This document shows positions 36,064 through 40,011 of a stretch of 40,011 nucleotides of DNA, piece by piece. The stretch lies in the IMG/VR virus record IMGVR_UViG_3300042467_000560, positions 1 to 40,011 of that record. One strand, written 5' to 3'. A program made the position numbers and the translations under genes. The notes under the pieces were generated by a model that was not told the origin of the DNA, ran no database searches, and saw only the letters and a program-made list of their open reading frames with translations. The DNA comes from a virus (taxonomy: Duplodnaviria > Caudoviricetes). Numbering within the stretch: the stretch's first letter is position 1; each line of letters begins with the position of its first letter.

Positions 36064-36815
36064 ATCCAGTCCTTCAGATCGAGTTCCTTCTTCACGGTGG
36101 GTTGCTGGATCTGAGGAATGCTCTGCTGGGTCTGAGCAAATATTCCTTTCCAACCCTGAGCCATGGAGTGGTCAACCGCTGACGGGAACGTAGCCGGATT
36201 GAACTCTCTGGACCACTTCGTCAGTGCCGCCTTAAGTCCGGTCTGCTTGTAACCCTCACGACGCTCCGACTTGTACTTCAGCCAGAGCTTCACAGCTTCG
36301 AGGCAGTTCTCGGTACGAAGGCTCTCCGGCAACTCGACTCCGAAGGCAACCACCCACGGCGATATACTTGGTGTATTCTTTATAATAGGAGACGGAGACG
36401 GAGAGTTGAGTTCCGGTTGACCATCCGGTTGACCGTCCGGTTGGTGGCTCGGTTCAACCGTAGTTCCAACCGCGGCTGAACCGTGGTTGACCACTGATCT
36501 TGCAAGTGCTGATTTTAGGCCCTTTTCGCGTTGTTTGTTTCGGTACTCCTGTTGCTTCTCTCTTTCAGCCTCAAGCCTTGCGTTCCTCAAGAGACCGTCA
36601 TCGCACAACTGGAACTTAGCCAGCACGTCAACCGAGACTGAACCGCCAGCCAACCGCTGTTGCTTTTCGGTTTCAACCGGAATTGAACCGCGGCTCCACT
36701 GATGGCATAGCAATCGGATAAAAGATCCGACGTCTGACTGACTCATTTCTAGCGTCCCAGCCAGAAAGTCGTCCGCATAGAACTGGAACGCTGGTGATCT
36801 CTTCTTCTCGCTCAT
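36060..36815 (-). CDS. Replication initiator (DUF1376/YdaU-like N-terminus, lambda O analogue)
   Basis: PAFQFYADDFL..GSFIRLLCHQW; C-terminal SMAQGWKGIF; internal iterons; upstream of DnaB. Confidence 0.8.
   Translation of the reverse strand: MSEKKRSPAFQFYADDFLAGTLEMSQSDVGSFIRLLCHQWSRGSIPVETEKQQRLAGGSVSVDVLAKFQLCDDGLLRNARLEAEREKQQEYRNKQREKGLKSALARSVVNHGSAAVGTTVEPSHQPDGQPDGQPELNSPSPSPIIKNTPSISPWVVAFGVELPESLRTENCLEAVKLWLKYKSERREGYKQTGLKAALTKWSREFNPATFPSAVDHSMAQGWKGIFAQTQQSIPQIQQPTVKKELDLKDWI
36374..36492. repeat. Putative replication origin: iterons plus AT-rich tract
   Basis: tccggttg three times at a 12-bp period from 36412, further GGTT/AACCG boxes, adjacent tattctttataata. Confidence 0.7.
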
Positions 36816-36934
36816 GGTATGAAACAAAAGCACCAACCCAACCAACCCCGGGTAGCGTAGGCACAACGAAGAAGCAGAAGATGCTCCTTGAAGCCTGCCG
36901 GGATTGGCTGGGTTGATGGTTCTGGGTTGTTCAT
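36812..36934 (-). CDS. Putative 40-aa leader ORF coupled to the initiator
   Basis: MNNPEPSTQPIPAGFKEHLLLLRCAYATRGWLGWCFCFIP*; its TGA overlaps the initiator ATG. Confidence 0.4.
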   Translation of the reverse strand: MNNPEPSTQPIPAGFKEHLLLLRCAYATRGWLGWCFCFIP

Positions 36935-36959
36935 TCGTTGTTTCGGGACGCTACTCCCG
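36834..36959 (-). ncRNA. C4/CI-like antisense RNA with upstream target hairpin
   Basis: 18-bp outer stem with G-U pairs on the minus strand; bulges UUCGUUGU and ACGCUAC complementary to upstream ACAACGAA and GUAGCGU. Confidence 0.6.
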
Positions 36960-36985
36960 GTTCCAATCGGAACAGTTCTGAAATA

Positions 36986-37171
36986 TTACCGCCTCATCAG
37001 ATTGTCAATCTGGGCGTCTGTAAGCTTGTACTTGGGAGGCTGGATCCACCCGTTGAGGATGGCCCGGTAGACCAGCTTTGGGGCAGCTTCGAGCAGTTCC
37101 TTCACTTCTGCGTCCGAGAGCTTCGGGTCTCCTTGGACTTCGTTTCCTCGCTTTTTGCTATGTAATGCCAT
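36986..37171 (-). CDS. Hypothetical protein
   Basis: 61-aa ORF overlapping the upstream gene; start uncertain. Confidence 0.55.
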   Translation of the reverse strand: MALHSKKRGNEVQGDPKLSDAEVKELLEAAPKLVYRAILNGWIQPPKYKLTDAQIDNLMRR

Positions 37172-37386
37172 GTTGGGTAAACCCCTCTATTCGGTGTCTT
37201 GATTCTAAACTGCTTTGCTACGATCAGCCCGCCATCAACGCCTCGTTTCAGGAGTCGGTTGGCCTGCGTACGGGACAGTCCCCATTGTTTAGCGTATTCC
37301 TCAGCGATCAGCCAGCCCGGAGGAACAGGCTCCGATTGGTTGCTGACCGCATCCCGCAGTGACTTCAGAAGCTGGGCAGAGTCCAT
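37102..37386 (-). CDS. Winged-HTH-like protein
   Basis: Start MDSAQLL; AEEYAKQWGLSRTQANRLL. Confidence 0.65.
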   Translation of the reverse strand: MDSAQLLKSLRDAVSNQSEPVPPGWLIAEEYAKQWGLSRTQANRLLKRGVDGGLIVAKQFRIKTPNRGVYPTWHYIAKSEETKSKETRSSRTQK

Positions 37387-38114
37387 TGCTGTTCGTTCTG
37401 TGGCCACTGGTGGAGGTAGAGCTGTGCGCTGCTGTCGGTGTACTCTCCGAACACGATGCCGTGGCTCCATGCCAAGGTTGAGCGGCGGCGATGAGCGTAC
37501 TCCATGGCAGGAAGATCGGCCAACGTTCCGGGGGACAGCGCGACCGGATTGTCACTCCTGCGACCGTAAGCGACACCAGCCCGGTGGGCATGAGCCACGA
37601 CAACATTGCCGAATGTCTCGGCTGAGTCGCGCAGGTAGTTCTCTCCATAGAGCACTCCGTGGCCCCACTTGTAGCCTCCGAGTTGATACCAACAGTCTGG
37701 CAGGACTCCATACTTCAGGATCTTGACCCGGCAGTGCTTCTCGATCGGTGCCATCATCTTCTCCCAGACAGCCTCGGCGAAGCCACGGACCACTGCGTTG
37801 TGGTGGTTCAGGTACATCCTAGCTCGCTCGTCATGGTTCCCGATGGTGAACACAGTGGGCTTGAGCTGGTTCAGGAACTTGGCTCCCTGACCAATGTCAT
37901 CGAGGTAGTCATCCGCTGCATCCGCTTGGTTTGGATTGCCTAGAGATCCTGCCCGAAGTGCTGCCAGATCGTAAGCGTCTCCCAAATGGATCACCTCGTG
38001 CGGCTTGTAGCGTTCCCTAAAGCGTAGCACCGCCTCCAGCGCCTTTGGATTGGCTCGCGAACCATGGGAACAGCCGATGGCCATCACCCGTTTGCGGGCC
38101 TTGCTGATGTTCAC
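37365..38114 (-). CDS. Calcineurin-like metallophosphoesterase
   Basis: GCSHG, LGDAYD, GNHDER, GHG, AHAH. Confidence 0.85.
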   Translation of the reverse strand: MNISKARKRVMAIGCSHGSRANPKALEAVLRFRERYKPHEVIHLGDAYDLAALRAGSLGNPNQADAADDYLDDIGQGAKFLNQLKPTVFTIGNHDERARMYLNHHNAVVRGFAEAVWEKMMAPIEKHCRVKILKYGVLPDCWYQLGGYKWGHGVLYGENYLRDSAETFGNVVVAHAHRAGVAYGRRSDNPVALSPGTLADLPAMEYAHRRRSTLAWSHGIVFGEYTDSSAQLYLHQWPQNEQQWTLPSF

Positions 38115-38152
38115 GAGCAGTCTTATTCAAGATTGGCAAGCGTTTTTCAACG

Positions 38153-38371
38153 TTATTCAGGGAAACCGTAGCATTCTTGAATAGTGGCGCAGACCATGTG
38201 ATAGACCTCTTCCAGAGCCTGCTCGGTGCTCTCGTAGTTGTGACCGTACTTCACCTTGGACCTCAGCATCTCTTGGATTTCTTCAAGAGCGATGCGGTAT
38301 TCCGTGGCGTGGATCGCGTCGTAGTGAAGCGTGTCTTCATCTGGTAAATCAAACTTCAGGGTTGCTGTCAT
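38153..38371 (-). CDS. Hypothetical protein
   Basis: MTATLKFDLPDE...LRSKVKY; ATGA-coupled. Confidence 0.7.
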   Translation of the reverse strand: MTATLKFDLPDEDTLHYDAIHATEYRIALEEIQEMLRSKVKYGHNYESTEQALEEVYHMVCATIQECYGFPE

Positions 38372-38820
38372 GTTTCCTTTCGATTGATGAACTGGGATAG
38401 TCTGGCTGGTTGATAAGATGGTGACTTGATGACTTTTCCTGCTTTGTTACGTGCCACCCATCGATCGAAATACGATGTGAATATCAGATCTCCAACATAC
38501 TTCTCGTGATTGATTTTCTCATCGCTGGTCCAGAACTTTGACATGTTTGAGTTGTGAACCTCAAGGAACGCCAAGTCTACGCACTGGGAATTAAATCCAG
38601 CAGCCAATGCGGCTCCGTATACTACATAAAGCAGATCTACTACAGCATCCAGATAGTCTGTGAGATCATCTGAAGCTCCAAGTTCACTAGCCTCTTCTAT
38701 AACTAGATCCATTCTGAGCTTGATTGTCTCAGCGTCCGGTAATTTCTGATGCTCTGGTATTTGCTGTCCGAACGATTCCATGAATCTGCGGACTAGGTTG
38801 TGTTTGTTAATTGAACTCAT
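38368..38820 (-). CDS. MazG-like / PRA-PH-like nucleotide pyrophosphohydrolase
   Basis: EEASEL, DAVVDLLYVVYG, VHNSNMSK, GKVIK. Confidence 0.85.
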   Translation of the reverse strand: MSSINKHNLVRRFMESFGQQIPEHQKLPDAETIKLRMDLVIEEASELGASDDLTDYLDAVVDLLYVVYGAALAAGFNSQCVDLAFLEVHNSNMSKFWTSDEKINHEKYVGDLIFTSYFDRWVARNKAGKVIKSPSYQPARLSQFINRKET

Positions 38821-39314
38821 TGTTTTGTAATCCTTACTGAATCTCCTTCTGGAATAACTATCGCAGCTCTGATGACGCAATGATTGGTCAACAAAACCGG
38901 CTTCTCGTAGAGCGTAGACGTGGCTAATGGCTCGCTTCCGTCTAGCGTGTATCTGATTGGAACTGCACCGAGTGGTGATGACAGCCGCAGCGTTGCTGGA
39001 AGTCGTACGCTGATTCGATCACCGATCACGTCACGTCCATTGATGCTGACTCGGATGTTGCGTTGGAACCTGACCTTGAACAGAGCAGAGTTCCCACTGG
39101 TGCTCTCGACCTTGTATGTCCCAGCATCAGCTTCCTGTGCGGATGGGATCTCGAGGATGCGATTGGTAGCTCCGGGGATAGCTCGTCCACCCAGAGACCA
39201 CTGGTAGTCCGATCCTGTGTGCGGTGCCTCCAGACGCAGCGGCAGGTTCTCCAGCGCGATCTGGGCTGACGCGGAGAGGGAAACGCAACTCACAAGGAAT
39301 CCTCGTATGTTCAT
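38817..39314 (-). CDS. Secreted Ig-domain plus Fn3-associated/CHB_HEX_C-like protein
   Basis: Signal peptide ending ASA; YQW..IPGAT..L.I..DAGTY; IRYTLDGSEP. Confidence 0.75.
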   Translation of the reverse strand: MNIRGFLVSCVSLSASAQIALENLPLRLEAPHTGSDYQWSLGGRAIPGATNRILEIPSAQEADAGTYKVESTSGNSALFKVRFQRNIRVSINGRDVIGDRISVRLPATLRLSSPLGAVPIRYTLDGSEPLATSTLYEKPVLLTNHCVIRAAIVIPEGDSVRITKQ

Positions 39315-39511
39315 TCCACGGGCTCCATGTTCACAAATCCCAGCCGTCCATCATCGATAGCCATGCCGCAACCATTGCGCCTGCAATACAGCTCCAGCAT
39401 GTCGTAGATCTCATTGCCTTGATCGTGACCAAACCTCGCCTGCAGCAGACCTTTGAGCGTGAGCCTGTACACTTCCTCCTGCTCGCTACACTGCGTATCT
39501 GTATCGTTCAT
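39311..39511 (-). CDS. Hypothetical protein
   Basis: 66-aa ORF, ATGA-coupled downstream. Confidence 0.65.
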   Translation of the reverse strand: MNDTDTQCSEQEEVYRLTLKGLLQARFGHDQGNEIYDMLELYCRRNGCGMAIDDGRLGFVNMEPVE

Positions 39512-39524
39512 AAGTAATGAATAC

Positions 39525-39704
39525 TTACCTGTTTTTGTTACGACATTCCTTCTCCAGCTCCTGAATTCGTCGCAGCAGCTTGTTGAGTTCTCGCACGATT
39601 CCTATCGGAGCAATGTCCCTGAGCCTCGTGCGATAGTCTGGACTGAAGATCGAGAACCCATGCCTCGGTGGGCAGTTGGGGTATTTCTCTATCGTGTACT
39701 TCAT
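39525..39704 (-). CDS. Small cassette protein, 59 aa
   Basis: Manual translation MKYTIEKYPNCPPRHGFSIFSPDYRTRLRDIAPIGIVRELNKLLRRIQELEKECRNKNR; starts in the junction repeat; not in the track. Confidence 0.75.
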   Translation of the reverse strand: MKYTIEKYPNCPPRHGFSIFSPDYRTRLRDIAPIGIVRELNKLLRRIQELEKECRNKNR

Positions 39705-39716
39705 GGCTTGGCCTCC
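39701..39716 (-). repeat. 16-bp cassette junction repeat, copy 3
   Basis: tcatggcttggcctcc. Confidence 0.95.
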
Positions 39717-39898
39717 CTCGCTTCATCAAGGATCGTCAGCATGTTGACAGCAATCCGACCATCTGTGCCGTCCTCAAAGAATTTGTATCCAGCCCTTTTG
39801 ATGATGTCCTCCAGCCGCTTGATGCGCTCCTTCAGCGCCTTGTTCTCATCGTAAAGCTGTTCGACCAGATCCACTTGGCTTGGTGTCTCGTCACTCAT
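39701..39898 (-). CDS. Small coiled-coil cassette protein ending EAKP
   Basis: ERIKRLED motif; starts at a partial junction AAGCCATGA (39895-39903). Confidence 0.8.
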   Translation of the reverse strand: MSDETPSQVDLVEQLYDENKALKERIKRLEDIIKRAGYKFFEDGTDGRIAVNMLTILDEAREAKP

Positions 39899-39935
39899 GG
39901 CTTATAATATCATATTATTCAATATCAACTCGTTC

Positions 39936-40011
39936 ACCTAGTTTAGAAACTAATTTGTCAAAACTTCCTTGCACTTCAATACCATTTACTACCAAATAAC
40001 AATTATGACTT
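39936..40011. repeat. Terminal direct repeat, right copy
   Basis: Exact copy of 1-76; probably an assembler overlap. Confidence 0.97.

Noticed and set aside
39538-39729. Track ORF of 63 aa
   Set aside because: The alternative frame 39525..39704 starts at the junction SD/ATG and shares the family motif
39936-40011. 76-bp repeat as a biological terminal repeat
   Set aside because: It falls in the middle of an ORF and its length fits a k-mer overlap; treated as a circular-assembly artefact

Overview
This window is very probably a complete, circularly assembled dsDNA tailed-phage genome. Bases 1-76 are repeated exactly at 39936-40011, and a 69-codon ORF reads through the join, so the unit length is about 39,935 bp. 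Essentially every credible gene is on the minus strand, and many are coupled by ATGA/GTGA overlaps. In transcription order the modules are: (1) a RHH regulator, RecT-like annealing protein, PD-(D/E)XK/Cas4-like nuclease and RuvC-like resolvase; (2) a signal-peptide lysozyme-like gene and an array of short mosaic genes, three of which end in an identical 16-bp junction (GGAGGCCAAGCCATGA = SD + 'EAKP' + stop/start); (3) a secreted Ig-domain protein, MazG-like pyrophosphatase and metallophosphoesterase; (4) a lambda-type initiator with iterons, DnaB helicase and SSB-like gene; (5) a glycosyltransferase, TerS, TerL, portal, scaffold and major capsid; (6) tail fibres and tailspike, a holin/spanin block with no adjacent endolysin, and adaptor and nozzle; (7) podovirus-style ejection proteins, including a 1751-aa polyvalent protein. 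I saw no integrase, repressor switch, DNA polymerase, tRNA or CRISPR array. The host is probably a diderm, tentatively Verrucomicrobiota (inference). The most notable observations are the repeat-delimited cassette array with a possible anti-RBS small RNA, a C4/CI-like RNA switch with a coupled leader ORF before the initiator, and a complete small gene nested out of frame inside the giant ejection protein. All product calls come from motif recognition by eye; no database searches were run.
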